A stretch of DNA of 64,000 nt, taken from Microthyrium microscopicum. Its lineage: Eukaryota. Of the stretch, positions 50,237 to 62,523 are shown in pieces; position 1 is the first letter of the stretch; every line of letters begins with the position of its first letter. Made by a program: the position numbers and the translations under genes. The stretch is from positions 2,348,506 through 2,412,505 of the forward strand of contig MU004235.1 of NCBI GenBank assembly GCA_010405405.1. The letters run 5' to 3'. The notes under the pieces are model-generated. The model was not told the origin of the DNA. It saw only the letters and a list, made by a program, of their open reading frames with translations, and searched no databases.

Positions 50237-51664
50237 TCATATATCCTTGCCATAATATCCTGAAGAGCCGAATAAAACTTCAGCCTTCACGCCATACTCA
50301 TGAGCTAAATACCCCAACTGCTGTCTGGCGTCCAGAGGCCAATCCATGTAGAATGGGTTCTCTGGATCTCCTACCAATGTAAATTGTATATCTCGAAGTG
50401 CGGAATTTGTCGCCGCGCCGTCTTGTAACCAGTCTGAGATTGAATCATAAAGTGCCCAGCCATCCCATTCGTCGAATTCTTGATCTGCCAGGTCGTCTGT
50501 CAAAACCAAAGTTTCAATATGATTCGGTACTACGAGTTTGAGAGGTAGTGCAGACTCTATTGACAAACTAGCAAATAGGAATTCTGGAGGAATTTTGAGA
50601 ACTGTTAGACGAGGAAGTGTTGTGAGACTTCGAAGCGTCCCATTCAGTCGAAGATTCGGGGCCTCTAGGTAACTTTCAATGTGCTGGACTTCAACTGCTA
50701 TCTCCAAATCCTGTAATGTATCTCTCACCTGTTCCAAAGCCGCACTCACTTTGTCGAGCTCAACCAACAGTGTATTTGTTGGCTGTATCGGATGCTTCCG
50801 TCTTCTCGTGTCGCAGAAGAACAGTGTCCATTTGAGATACTTTAGCTTTGGAGTCATACTTAGCAGACCAAGTAGGTGTGATTCCCGTACCAGGTGCAGA
50901 TCGAGCGATGTTAACATCGATGGATTAGACGTTGAAAGAATGGGCCAGTCTAAGCTTTCTGGATTGTCCAGAGAAATTGACAAACGAGTTATGCTTGATA
51001 AGCAAAAGAACGGTAGAGTATCTGCCGCTCCTTGGCCGCAAACACATCGGTACTGGGTAGCAAGTCGGCGGTATCTGCCGCGAATTTTATAGGTGACTTC
51101 GCTGAGATTTTGGAAAGCGGCCGGTCCACAGGTGCCTGGCACACACAGAGCGGCTCTCAGGAACAAACTAAGAACTTCACTCGTGAAGTATCTGGTACTG
51201 ATGACGAGATGCTTCAGACCATGAAGTTTCAGAAGTAGTAATGCAAGAAAAGCATCTCCTTCACCACCGAATAGCTGCTGAATCCACTGCTGGATAAAGG
51301 GAAGTCCAGACCCGCTGATGGTCTGGACCGCAAGAGAAAGATTGAACCCATCAACTGGAATTGATATAGGTATATGCTCTTCATGTAACCAGTCAAGAGA
51401 GTTGTCAGAGGAGAATTCCAAGCTTGAAATACAATTAGCCAACGCTGGTTTGCGAAGAACATTGTTCAGCAGAGAAATAACGCGTCGCCTTGTGTTTCTC
51501 GACCACATTAATTTTACTTTCGAGTAAAGAAAAGGTTCCGCGGTTTTGTTGAACGCCTTATCGACGAGACACAATGCATGGAAGTCTGCCTAAGACGTTA
51601 TATAACCACATATCAAATATGTGATATCGTATCCAAGACGGTCTTGCAAAGAAACGCGTTCCAT
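50237..51664 (-). pseudogene. F-box/LRR-like protein with a premature TAG at codon 25 (51590-51592)
   Basis: Reads MERVSLQDRLGYDITYLICGYITS*ADFHALCLVDKAFNKTAEPFLYSKV. The F-box-like N-terminus is in frame with ORF 50237-51574, and LRR-like segments follow (LKHLVI, ITRLSI, LTSLDL, LKYLKW, LQDLEI, LTVLKI). Confidence 0.75.
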
Positions 51665-52099
51665 CTTAAAGAGTTTAGTCCGTGGTGCATGATAGACAAT
51701 CAATCCACTACCGCAGAGAATTTTCAGGATGCAACATTAATTAGCCTCTTTTAGTTTAGTACAATAATAATTTTCATTAATTATAGATCATAGTACTACT
51801 CTTTATAATCATATATTAGTTTTACAAAAGGGACAATTATATCCTATAACTAGTACACTAAATTTAGTAACTTACTTAGCTATACTAAATTACTAGTAAA
51901 AGGGTAATATAAAGAGAAAAGCTATAGAAAAAGCTACTAATAAATTAAAGACTTTATAGCTTTAATTAAACTATAAATTTAACTATATATATAGAAAATA
52001 TATATAAATTACTAGTAAAAGAACTTAATTAACTAAAGATAATATAGTAAGAACTAATTCTAAGGCAAAATCTATTAATAAATACTAAAAAGGCTAACC

Positions 52100-54040
52100 T
52101 TTAAGTAAGGCAAAGTTGCTTTATTAAATATAAAAAAACTACTAAAGAATTTAGTAGTTAGAATAGTAAGATTAACTACTCTACCTTAAAAAAAAGAGCT
52201 TTTAAGATATATAATATTACTATATAGACTAAAATCCTAAAATAGATAATTTATAAATACTACGTCTTTTAGCTATATAAAAAGTAAATTTTATATTTAT
52301 ATCTAAAGCTTAGATACTTTAAAGATCTAGTAACTAGGCAATTATAATAATATATAACGTTTAAAGAAGTAAGTAACTACTTTTTAGTTAATAAATCTAT
52401 AATCTCTTATTAGTAGAAAAAGTAAGATAAGACTAAATTTATTACTAATAACTAGAGGAAGATAGAACTTAATATAGAACGAGAATACTTTCTAGACTTA
52501 AAATCTATAATCTATTACTAGTTTATTATTTAGCTTATAGAGAACTAAGAGATTTTATTTAGCTAGTTCTTTAGAAAGGCTACTTAATAATAGCCTCTAG
52601 TATATACTTCCCTTATAGTATTTAAATAAGCTATTCCTTAAAGACTTTACTTTTTAAGAAGCTAGCTTATAAGGTTTTAAAAACGCTATTAGATTTCTTA
52701 TTAAAAAATAACCTATATAGGCTAAAACTTTCCTTAAGATTAGAAATAATTTATTAATTATTTTATTTCTTTTTATTAGTAATACTATACTAGGTTAGTT
52801 ACTTCTATAAGCTATAAGGTAGAGATATATACCTAAATTCCTACTTATTTTATTATAAATAGTAATAAAACTCCTTACGTATATAAAACTATACCTAGCT
52901 ATACCTATTACTTAGTAGGATTAAATAATATATCTTATACTATTTCTAAAAGTAAATAAGAGAAACAATTAATAATAGTATATTTAAGAGTCTTTACTAA
53001 CGAGAAGATAGTTATAAAACTATTAATTATATTCTATAAATTACCTACTAAATATTACGGTTAAAACGAAGTTACTAAGAGATTTCTTTATAATAAATAC
53101 GTTATTATAAAGTTTAATAAAACTACCTAGATAAATTTATTCCTAATTATTCTATAGATTAAAGATTAATAAGTTCTTTATATAGATTCTAAGTAGTATT
53201 AACTTAAGTAAGAATAATATTACTAATAAGCTTAAGGTAAGAATACTTTTCTTTAAATTTATTTTTATTCTAACTTATCCTTTAGAACGTAGTATAAGCT
53301 TTAATTTTTAAGATAATAAAGCTTATACCTTTACTATTACTAAACTTATAAAGTTTAATAGTAGTCCTACTAGCTAAATTTACCTACTAATATAGCCTAT
53401 ACCTCCTTAGCTAATATTAAAGGTTATTATTAACTCTATAGCATTTTATATAACTAAAGAAGTTAAGGCTTACTATTATATATATAGTATTATTCTTATA
53501 GTTATTATCTCTAGACTAATAACTAAGATCTAACCTTTAGATATTAGTATTAACTAAGTTATTAAGAAGTACCTTTAGGAATATTAAGATAAAATTACTT
53601 TTAAAGCGTATCTAAATAAGGATTTTTATAATCTTATTATAAGTAAAAAACGTATTATTTTAACTAAAATAGTTACTTATATATAGAAAAAGGCTTATAC
53701 TTAGCAAACTTACTAAAAATATAATATTATAAAGTATTCTTTTACTTATATTAAAATTAATATTACTCTAGATAGCTTAGAAGATTATCTTATATTAGTA
53801 AAAGGAATAGCTACTAGTAATATTAATTTATTAGATTAGAGATTAATACTACTACTAAGAAATAATTCTAATAATTTAAATCCTTCTAAGAAAATAAAGA
53901 TTAAAAAAGAAAAAAGTATTCCTTTATTTTATGCTAACTAGGCTAATAAAGAAAAAGTTAATAATTACTTAAATTAATAAGAAAAAGAAGCTAATTCTTC
54001 TTCTAATTCTAAATCTAACTCTAAGTATATAGAATTAAAG
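52100..54040 (+). pseudogene. RIP-destroyed pogo/Tigger-type DDE_1 transposase with CENP-B-like HTH (boundaries approximate)
   Basis: Reverting TA to CA/TG restores ..SWL.RF.KRY.IS, N-G-D-E-T-P (52858-52875), FNETAWM, ID-S-V-A-F-H (about 53429-53449), IQPLDIGIN (53528-53554) and LDGSEDHLI.VKG. Frames are consistent across a 49-bp GTAAG..CTAAC..TAG intron at 53237-53285. Confidence 0.75.
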
Positions 54041-56647
54041 CCTTTATAATATATAGATTCTTCTATAGCTATAGCTCTAGTTTAGACTCTATTTTAGCTT
54101 CTATTTTAGCCTCTATTTTAGACTACTTATCCTTAATCTCTACTTCTATCTTAATTTTATTCTTCGTCTTAAAATTAATATTAGACTATTTATACTTAAT
54201 CTATTTTTACTTTTCTAACTTAGTATAAAGCTTAATTAACGAATTAAACTTAGAAAGAGTAGTACTAATCTATTCCTTAATATTAGAGTTAAGTAAACTT
54301 TAACTATTAGAATAGACTTTCTCTCCTTATAAATCACTATCCTCCTATTTAGGTTTTAAAAAAAAGCTATAGTAAGAAAAAAGATAATTAGTCTTAGAAA
54401 CTTAATCCTTCTTAGTAATAAAATCCTTAACTAGTAAGTTCTATTAATTAGGTAAAGTTTAATCTAAATCTTTAGCCTATTATAAAAGTTATTTAGAAGA
54501 GAGAACTAAGAGGACCTTATAAAAAGAAGGATCCTTAAGCTATAAAGATGCCTATAATAAAGAAGTTAATTATAAAGAAGCCTATTCTAAAAAAGTAATT
54601 AATAAAAGTAAAGAAATAGATTTTATATACTAATAACTACTACTAAAAGTTAGAGTTCTCTATACGTTAAGTCTTTTATCTTATCTTTATAAAGTATAAG
54701 AATCTTTTTTAGTTATCTATAGAATAACTTATATATTTACCTTTAAAGCTAGTTTAATTCGTTACTAATTATATTAATAAACCTATCTATAGTATACTAT
54801 ATCTCTATTTATAAAAGAAATTATAGAAAGTAATATATTATCTTAAAATAAACTTCTTTTATTAATAGTAGCTTTAAGAACTAAGTAATACTCTTCTCTA
54901 ACTAAGAAATTATATAAGAAGATATAATTATAAGTTATATCTAGTATATACTATTAATAAATTATTTTTTTAGTATAGCTAAGTATACCTATAAATAGTA
55001 CTATAAGATCCTATAGTCTATATTTTATAGTTTAACTACTAGTAAATCTATAAAGAATAATAGAAGATAGAGAGGCTAGGAAAGAAAAAGGAAAGAAAGA
55101 GCTAAGAAATAAGGTAAAGCTAAAGAGAATAGCTAAAGAAGAATAGCTAAAGAGGAATAGCTAAAGGAAAGCTAGGAGGAAATAGCTAAGGAAAAAGTAA
55201 AGATAAGAAATCTATAAAAAAGAAAGATATCTAAAAGCTATTTAAGATAATAATTAATAGTAAATCTAGTCTAGAATATAAAGCTTTAGAAATTAAAGGA
55301 GCATATATAATAATCTAGCATTTAAGAATCTAAGCCTAACCTAGATAGGCTAGTTACTTTAAGAGAGCTAATTAATAGTCTAGAAAATCTCTAGAGTTAA
55401 TAAACTCTACTAAAATCTAACTTTATCTACTATTACTAGCAATAGAAATTAGTTATATAGTTATTTTTATTAACTTTTTAACTTACTAAGGATATAAGAA
55501 TAATTTAAAGTAAGCATAGTATAACTATTCTTAAAGATATAAGTTAGCTTAAGCTATCTTAGGCTTTTATCTTATTCTATAAAGACTTATACCTTAGCCT
55601 ATTATACTAAATAAATTATTATTTAAGAAGAGCTTATTAAATTAATTCTAGAGTTAGTAAATATCTTAGTATACTTATATATAAGTCTTATTTATTATAA
55701 TACTCCTAAGTTAATATATATTATAGGTCCTAGATAGATTAAAGTAATAATTTATACCTAACTTATAAAAGAATTTAAAGTAGCAAAGTTTAAGAGTAAA
55801 AAGAAATAAAGGTACTTATAGCCTCTAAAATAATAATTATATAGTATTTATTACTAAGCTTAATAAAAAGGGCCTTTATATTATTAACTTCTACGCGTAA
55901 GACCTTAAGATTAGCTTTATTACTACTAATATAAAGTACTACGTAGTAGTAATAAATACTAAATAGATATATTATTAAAAGACTAGATATCTTTTTTCTC
56001 TAAGTATAATACTTCTCTTTTAGAAAGTAGCTTACCCTTATATTAAAACTAGCTTTACTTTATAGAAGATAAGTTAATAAGGAGCTTACTACTCTCCTAC
56101 TTAATCTATAAAAGCTTTTATATTAAAGATTAATATATTTACTAATAGGCTAAAAGCTATATAGACTAGTTCTTCTAATAATAATAATATATATTTATTA
56201 TCTATATATTTTTATTAAAAGGTACTTAATATAGAAAGTATATATCTAGTAACTAATAAGATAAATAAAAATAGATAATTAAACTATATTTCTTAAAAAA
56301 TAGGCTACTCTAATCCTTATTACTATTTTAGTAAAGATAAGTAAGATATTCTTATAAAAGCTATAAATAACGTCTAGTAACTACTTTAGCTCTAATTTAT
56401 TATCTTTTATAGTAAATATATATAAATTAGATTAATATACTACTTTATATACTATGCTGCCTTAATAACGCTTTTTATTTAATTTTAGCTTAGTATTATA
56501 TTCTATTAGTTTCTCTTATTTAGAAATATTTACCTATATTTTAATATAAAATAAATATTACCTAACATAAATAGAAAGGACTAAAATATAATTTATTAAA
56601 GTTCTACTTTATAAAATATATAAAGTTTATCTAAAACAAAGTATTTA

Positions 56648-57154
56648 CTATCTAAGTAGAACTAAACTACTTTAAACTATCTAAGTAGAACTAAACTACT
56701 TTAACCTTCTAATAGTTTTACTACTTNNNNNNNNNNNNNNNNNNNNNNNNNNNNNNNNNNNNNNNNNNNNNNNNNNNNNNNNNNNNNNNNNNNNNNNNNN
56801 NNNNNNNNNNNNNNNNNNNNNNNNNNNNNNNNNNNNNNNNNNNNNNNNNNNNNNNNNNNNNNNNNNCCTTCTAGCAGTTTTACTACTTACTTAGGTAGAC
56901 TAACTATCTAAGTAGAACTAAACTACTTTAAACTATCTAAGTAGAACTAAACTACTTTAACTTTCTAGTAGTTTTACTACTTACTTAGATAGACTAACTA
57001 TCTAAGTAGAACTAAACTACTTTAAACTATCTAAGTAGAACTAAACTACTTTAATCTTCTAGCAGTTTTACTACTTGCTTAGGTAGACTAACTATCTAAG
57101 TAGAACTAAACTACTTTATAAAACCTTCTAGTAGTTTTACTACTTACTTAGGTA
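56648..57154. repeat. Tandem array of a 94-bp unit (two copies of a roughly 29-bp subunit plus an imperfect inverted copy), interrupted by an assembly gap
   Basis: ctatctaagtagaactaaactactttaa repeated. Units start at 56867, 56961 and 57055. Confidence 0.9.
56727..56866. other. Assembly gap (140 N)
   Basis: Run of N inside the 94-bp tandem array. Confidence 1.
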
Positions 57155-57700
57155 GTAAATTAATATTTATTATATTATCTAATAATATAATAAAAAAAAT
57201 AGAATAAAGATAGATTAATTTAATAAAGAGAAAATAACTTTTTAATATAAAAAGTATTTTCTTAAAAATATATAAATATTCGTTTCTAAGCTACCCTAAA
57301 AGAGTAAACTAAGAAATATATTATATTCTTTACTAAAGACTTTAAAAGAGTTTTAGAAGTAATCTAGTAACTAATATTATTAGGCTAGCTAGATAGTAGA
57401 TTCTTATCTACTTCTTATATAAAGCTTTATAATTATACTAACTATAAGCTATATATAAAATCTAACTTAATAATAAACTATTCTAAACTTAGGTCTAATT
57501 TATAGTAACTAGTCTAGCTAATGCTAGATTTAGTAGAAATATATCTAATCTCTAAAAATTTAAGACTTAGTAAATATATTTCTAAACTATAGCTAAGAAT
57601 AGAATTTACTTAAGAATTAACTAGAATTACTATAAGAATTAGTAGGTATAATTACTAATCTTATAGAATCTAAGCTAAATTCTTATCTTTTTTATAAAGT

Positions 57701-58930
57701 AGCTAAAAATACAATTCCTTAAAGCCCTTATAGCTTAGAAATTAGCTATAGCAAAATACTAAAATGTGCTCCTACTACTATACATTCTACTATAAAGTAG
57801 CTTAGGACTTAAGAGCCTTAAGTCTATAAAGCTAGATTAATCTAGAACTAGCTTTAAATCTAGCTCTTTATATCTAAAAGGCTAGATTATCCTATAGTAG
57901 CTACTTAAGCTATTTAAATCTATAGTATTTAATACGTAATATTAAGATCTAGGAATTACTAGATCTTAATATTATAATTACGTACTATTACGTACTCTAT
58001 TACGTAATAATTACGTACTAGATTATATTATCTAACCCTTTATATTTTTAAAGAGCTAGATTATTTTATAGTAGCTAAAAATAATACATTTTTAGATAGT
58101 AGCTATTTTAGCTACTAATAGCTAATATTAGCTATTAGTAACTAATATTATAGCTACTATTAGCCTAAAATCCCCTTTTTAAAAAAGCTAAAAATACAAT
58201 CCCCTAAAGCCTTTATAGCTTAGGGATTAGCTATAGCGAAATACTAAAATATGCCCCTACTACTATACATTCTACTACAAAGTAGCTTAGGACTTAAGAG
58301 CCTTAAGTCCGTAGAGCTAGACCAATTTAGGACTAGCTTTAAATCTAGCCCTTTATATTCAAAGGGCTAGATTATCTTATAGTAGCTACTTAAGCTATTT
58401 AAATCTATAGTATTTAATACATAATATTAAGATCTAGGAATTACTAGATCTTAATATTGTAATTACGTACTATGTTACGTAATAGTTACGTGCTAGATTA
58501 CGTAATTTAGCCCTTTATATTTAAAGAGCTAGATTATCCTATAGTAGCTACTTAAGCTATTTAAATCTATAGTATTTAATACGTAATATTAAGATCTAAG
58601 AATTACTAGATCTTAATATTATAATTACGTACTAGATTACGTACTAGATTACGTTATCTAACTCTTTATATTTTTAAAGAGCTAGATTATCTTATAGTAG
58701 CTAAAAATAATACATTTTTAGATAGTAGCTATTTTAATTACTAATAGCTAATATTAGCTATTAGTAGCTAATATTATAACTAATATTAGGGGGACGCCCC
58801 TAATCCTCTTTATTAAATAGCTAAAAATACTATTTTTTAAAGCCCTTACAGCTTAGGGATTAGCTATAGCGAAATACTAAAATATGCCCCTACTACTATA
58901 TATTTTACTACGAACTAGCTTAGGATTTAA
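57701..58930. repeat. Long tandem repeat (copies start at about 57701, 58186 and 58819) with internal hairpins and palindromes
   Basis: agctaaaaatacaat..cctaaagccc.tatagcttag..attagctatagc.aaatactaaaat.tgc.cctactac recurs three times. It contains taatattaagatctag-gaatta-ctagatcttaatatta and the palindrome tactaatagctaatattagctattagta. Confidence 0.9.
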
Positions 58931-59369
58931 TACGCGTTATTTCCGTGTATATTATCTCCTTTAATTAGCGCCTATTTGTCCCTTTTAATTAGCATTGTCT
59001 CCTTCGTTAGTATTATCCCCTTCGCTCGTAGTACTATCCCTTTGTATCTTGCGCTATAGAAAGGACATATCTACCCGCAGGATCCCGCAGCCATTCCGTT
59101 CCCTTTTAGGTTAGATTGAGTCCGCTAGTACTAAAAAACGCCTCGCTCTTTAAGTGCACCTAAATATATAATTCTTAGTTGCTCTTAATAAAAATATATA
59201 TATATTAAAGCTGCTATTCTATATTACTAATCCTGAAATTTTAGTGTTAATTAAATAAGATTTAGGTAAGATACTTTATAGTAACGAACTTTAAAGATTT
59301 TAAGATCTAGATAGCTACGTGAGCTCTAATTTTCGTGTTTTTAGATCTCTAACACTAATCTTAGCGCTT

Positions 59370-61660
59370 ATAATAGAAGAAACTAACTTTACCTTTACTG
59401 TTACAACTATAGCTATAGATAGGCCCTTACCTAAAGAAGTAGCTCCTTCTAATCCTTAGATGTAGACAAACTTAATCGTCTTATTTCTAAATAAAAAGGA
59501 TGAAGAAATGCAATCTACCTAAGTACCTAAAGATTTAGTAATCTATGCTCCCTTGTCTAACGATATTAATCCGTAAGTACTTTATATCGCTAAGAAGGGT
59601 TAGAAGATAGTAGTTGTAGGGCGTGATTAGTCTAAATATACTACTCTACTTTAAGAAGACTACTAAAAGATACGCGTTCTTTATAAACCTTTTATAATTA
59701 TTAATTCCTTTATGTGTTTTATAAATATATACTTTATTAATACTAGAAACAATCTTATTAATATTAGACCGCTTCTAGAGGACTGTATATTATAACATTT
59801 TAAAGAGCTCTTTAAGTGATTTAATATACCGTATATCTTCTTTACTAAGCTGTAGAAAGATGAAGACTTTGAAATAATTATAATAAATACTAATTTTTAT
59901 ATATAAGAATAATTCTAAAGTAGTCCTCTTGATTCTTTACTAATTAAACCTATTTTAGTGCTTAAAATCTAAATATTTGTTACAATGTTAATTTATATAG
60001 GCTCTAAGCATTTAGTAGATATTAATATTATCTAGAGAACTAATACTTTAAAATCTTAATATGCAATCTAAATGTTTATAAGCAAAACACGATAGTAGAT
60101 TATTAAAAAATATATATACCTAAGTCTTCTAGATTATAGTAATCTAAATCTAATACCTGCGCAAAGAAAAGAAGTAGTTTTTATAAAGGTAGAGCCCTTA
60201 TTCTTAACTCTCTACGCTTGCTTTAAGGAATCCGTATATCCTACTAATTACGTCGCTATTAATAAGATAATAATATAATTTAAGGGTTAGTCCGTAGCTA
60301 TAATATAGCTAAAGGATAAACTAATTAATTACGAGTATAAAATACTAGGAATTAGCTTTTAGGGATATCTTTAAGACTTCCTTTATACTGTACCTAGTAG
60401 ATTCTTAGTAACTAACGAGATGCAAGATATTTCTACTTATAGGTATTCTTAGATACCTAAAAGCATAGATCCTAATTAGTATAAACTGTTAAATCTAAGC
60501 TTGCGTATAGTTCTTTAGATAGCGCTTACTTTATTGTTTAAAGAGCAAAAATAGTATATCTTTATAAATAACTTCTTTAGTAATATATGCCTGTTTGAAA
60601 TCTTATAGAATTATAATATCGGCGCTATAGAAACTGCGCGTCCTACCTCTATAGAGTATCCTTTATAACATATAGATTTAAAGAAGGTAGGAAACACGTA
60701 GGATTAGAGTAGAATTAAAGCTTTAGTAGTTTGTAGAGTACTTAGTATTATTTAGTACGATTGAGTACTTGTTTGATTCTAAACGACCTGTTTTGATACT
60801 AAAGAGACTACAATTGCTATACGTTATAAACTATATGCTAGTACTAAGAGAGATAAAGACTAGATCTAACGAATTTAGGGTAATAAAGGCATTAAGAAGC
60901 TCTTATAGCTTGCCGTCGTAATTCTGTATAATATTTATATAGGTATAATTGATTAGGCTAACTAGCGGCGCTCTTACTATACATACTATTATATAGGTAA
61001 GTAATTTTAATATTCTTTTAGATTAGAAGGACGATTTTATTATTTTAACTCTAATTGTTTAAAAACCTATACTATTTAATTCGTTTTATTAAGAGTTATC
61101 TCCTTATATAAGTTTTAGGTATTAAAAATTAGTTACTAATTTTCTATTAGCTTATTAACGTTACTATTATAAATGTATATATTTTAGTATTATAAACACT
61201 TTAGGCTAAGCTTCCTAGAGAAGCTTAAGATATATATAGATATACTAACTATTTATATTCTTATATATTTTATAACTATTTAGTATAGTGTTTGTACCTA
61301 AAGGCATTTAATTAGATACACGAAGTTAAGAGGATTATAATAATATTTAATTTACGTAAAAATGTTGTATTGCTATTAGTTAGGCAAATAATTAGTATAA
61401 AACGTTAATATAGAGGTGAATCGCTACCTATAGATTAATTCTTCTTAGGACTTTACGTAATAGTATATCTACCTTATAAATAGCGACAATACTACTAGTA
61501 TTATACGTAGAAGAAGCTTAATACTAGTTGTACTAATAAAGCAAGAAAGATAGGATTTTGCTGTTTTTAGTATAGTAATAATTTACCTCTTTATTACTAG
61601 TGCTTTTATGAATTCTATTAGGATTATAAGTACAGAGATCTCTAGCGTTTAAGGTTAAAT
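59370..61660 (+). pseudogene. RIP-degraded piggyBac-type transposase (DDE_Tnp_1_7-like) with C-terminal Cys-rich domain
   Basis: One frame gives VAI(D)(E)(M)(M)I.FKG(R)S...KDK(P)I...YK at 60252, IF(M)(D)NFFSN..LFEIL..YNIGA..TAR at 60558, and LYN..(M)G.ID.A(D).RR.YY at about 60925-60980. After a GTAAGT donor at about 60997 comes CCF.(C)..NLPL(C)..CF.EF(H) at about 61555-61620. Confidence 0.8.
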
Positions 61661-62523
61661 ACTAATAATTTTGGTAGGAATAGGCTCTAATCCTAGAATG
61701 TAGATTCCGTAGTGAGAGATTAGGCTGAAATCTGTTCATAGAACTAGACGGGATAGAGCCCTTAGTTCAACTTTATAATACTAGAATACGTGCATGTAGA
61801 TAGGATTATTTAGGCGTAGGAATTTAAGAAGTGCTTTACGTTGAATAGGATTTAGCGGAGCCCTAGTAGGTAGAGCCCCATAATCTAGATCTACTTAAAG
61901 GGCGTAAACCATTTCCTATTTGGGCCTTAGCGTATAGCTATAACGCCAATATGTCCTTGTTGAGATACGAAGGGATAGCTGTTTAAGTGTTTAATAGGCT
62001 TAATATAAACGCTAAGACAAAGGGAACAATTCGTAGTAAGCTAGAGCCCCTAAAATTAGTGACCCTATGGTACGCTACACCCTCTAAAATTAGTTAGCGC
62101 TATGTAGGGTCCCCTAAAATTAGTAAGTAGTAAGCACCTGTTTTGGGGTCCCAAAAAGGCTTAATTAATGTTGCATCCTGAAAATTCTCTGCGGTAACTG
62201 GTTGGGATAGAGCTTGGATCCAGTAATTGAATCAACCAGGAAACTTGTATATCTCAAAACAGCTTGACAATCCACCTAGGTAGGTACTTAGAAGGTATGC
62301 TAATCTTGTATTATGTGTGTCACTGTTTGAAAGGTGAGGATCAGATGAGGAAGAAGTGGGAGTCATGATTTATTCAACGGCATGACCATTTATTTCGTCC
62401 ATCGGTTGTCGCTATTGGCCGAGGCTACTAGAGGATCCATCGCTGAGGCCCAGGAGGTTCAGGATATGATTGGAATTTTGGCTCCATTCATACAACTGGA
62501 AACTTGCTATATTTGTTCTTCTC

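Larger units (their letters stand above)
51711..62194. mobile_element. About 10.5-kb RIP-mutated TIR DNA transposon with TA target-site duplication (Tc1/mariner-pogo-type ends)
   Basis: Perfect 33-bp TIR CCGCAGAGAATTTTCAGGATGCAACATTAATTA at 51711-51743, with its reverse complement at 62162-62194. TA at 51709-51710 and 62195-62196. The interior is very AT-rich, TpA-enriched and CpA/TpG-depleted, with no ORFs in the track. Confidence 0.9.

Noticed and set aside
56648..57154. CRISPR-like appearance of regularly spaced roughly 29-bp repeats
   Set aside because: The intervening sequences are themselves near-identical rather than unique spacers, the DNA is fungal, and no cas genes are present.
51750..58900. 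Mitochondrial insertion or contaminant suggested by extreme AT content
   Set aside because: The TpA excess with CpA/TpG depletion and the recoverable transposase motifs fit RIP.
51711..62194. Starship or LTR retrotransposon interpretation of the large AT-rich block
   Set aside because: No tyrosine-recombinase captain, LTR pair or RT motifs are recognisable. TIRs, a TA TSD and DDE motifs indicate a cut-and-paste DNA element.
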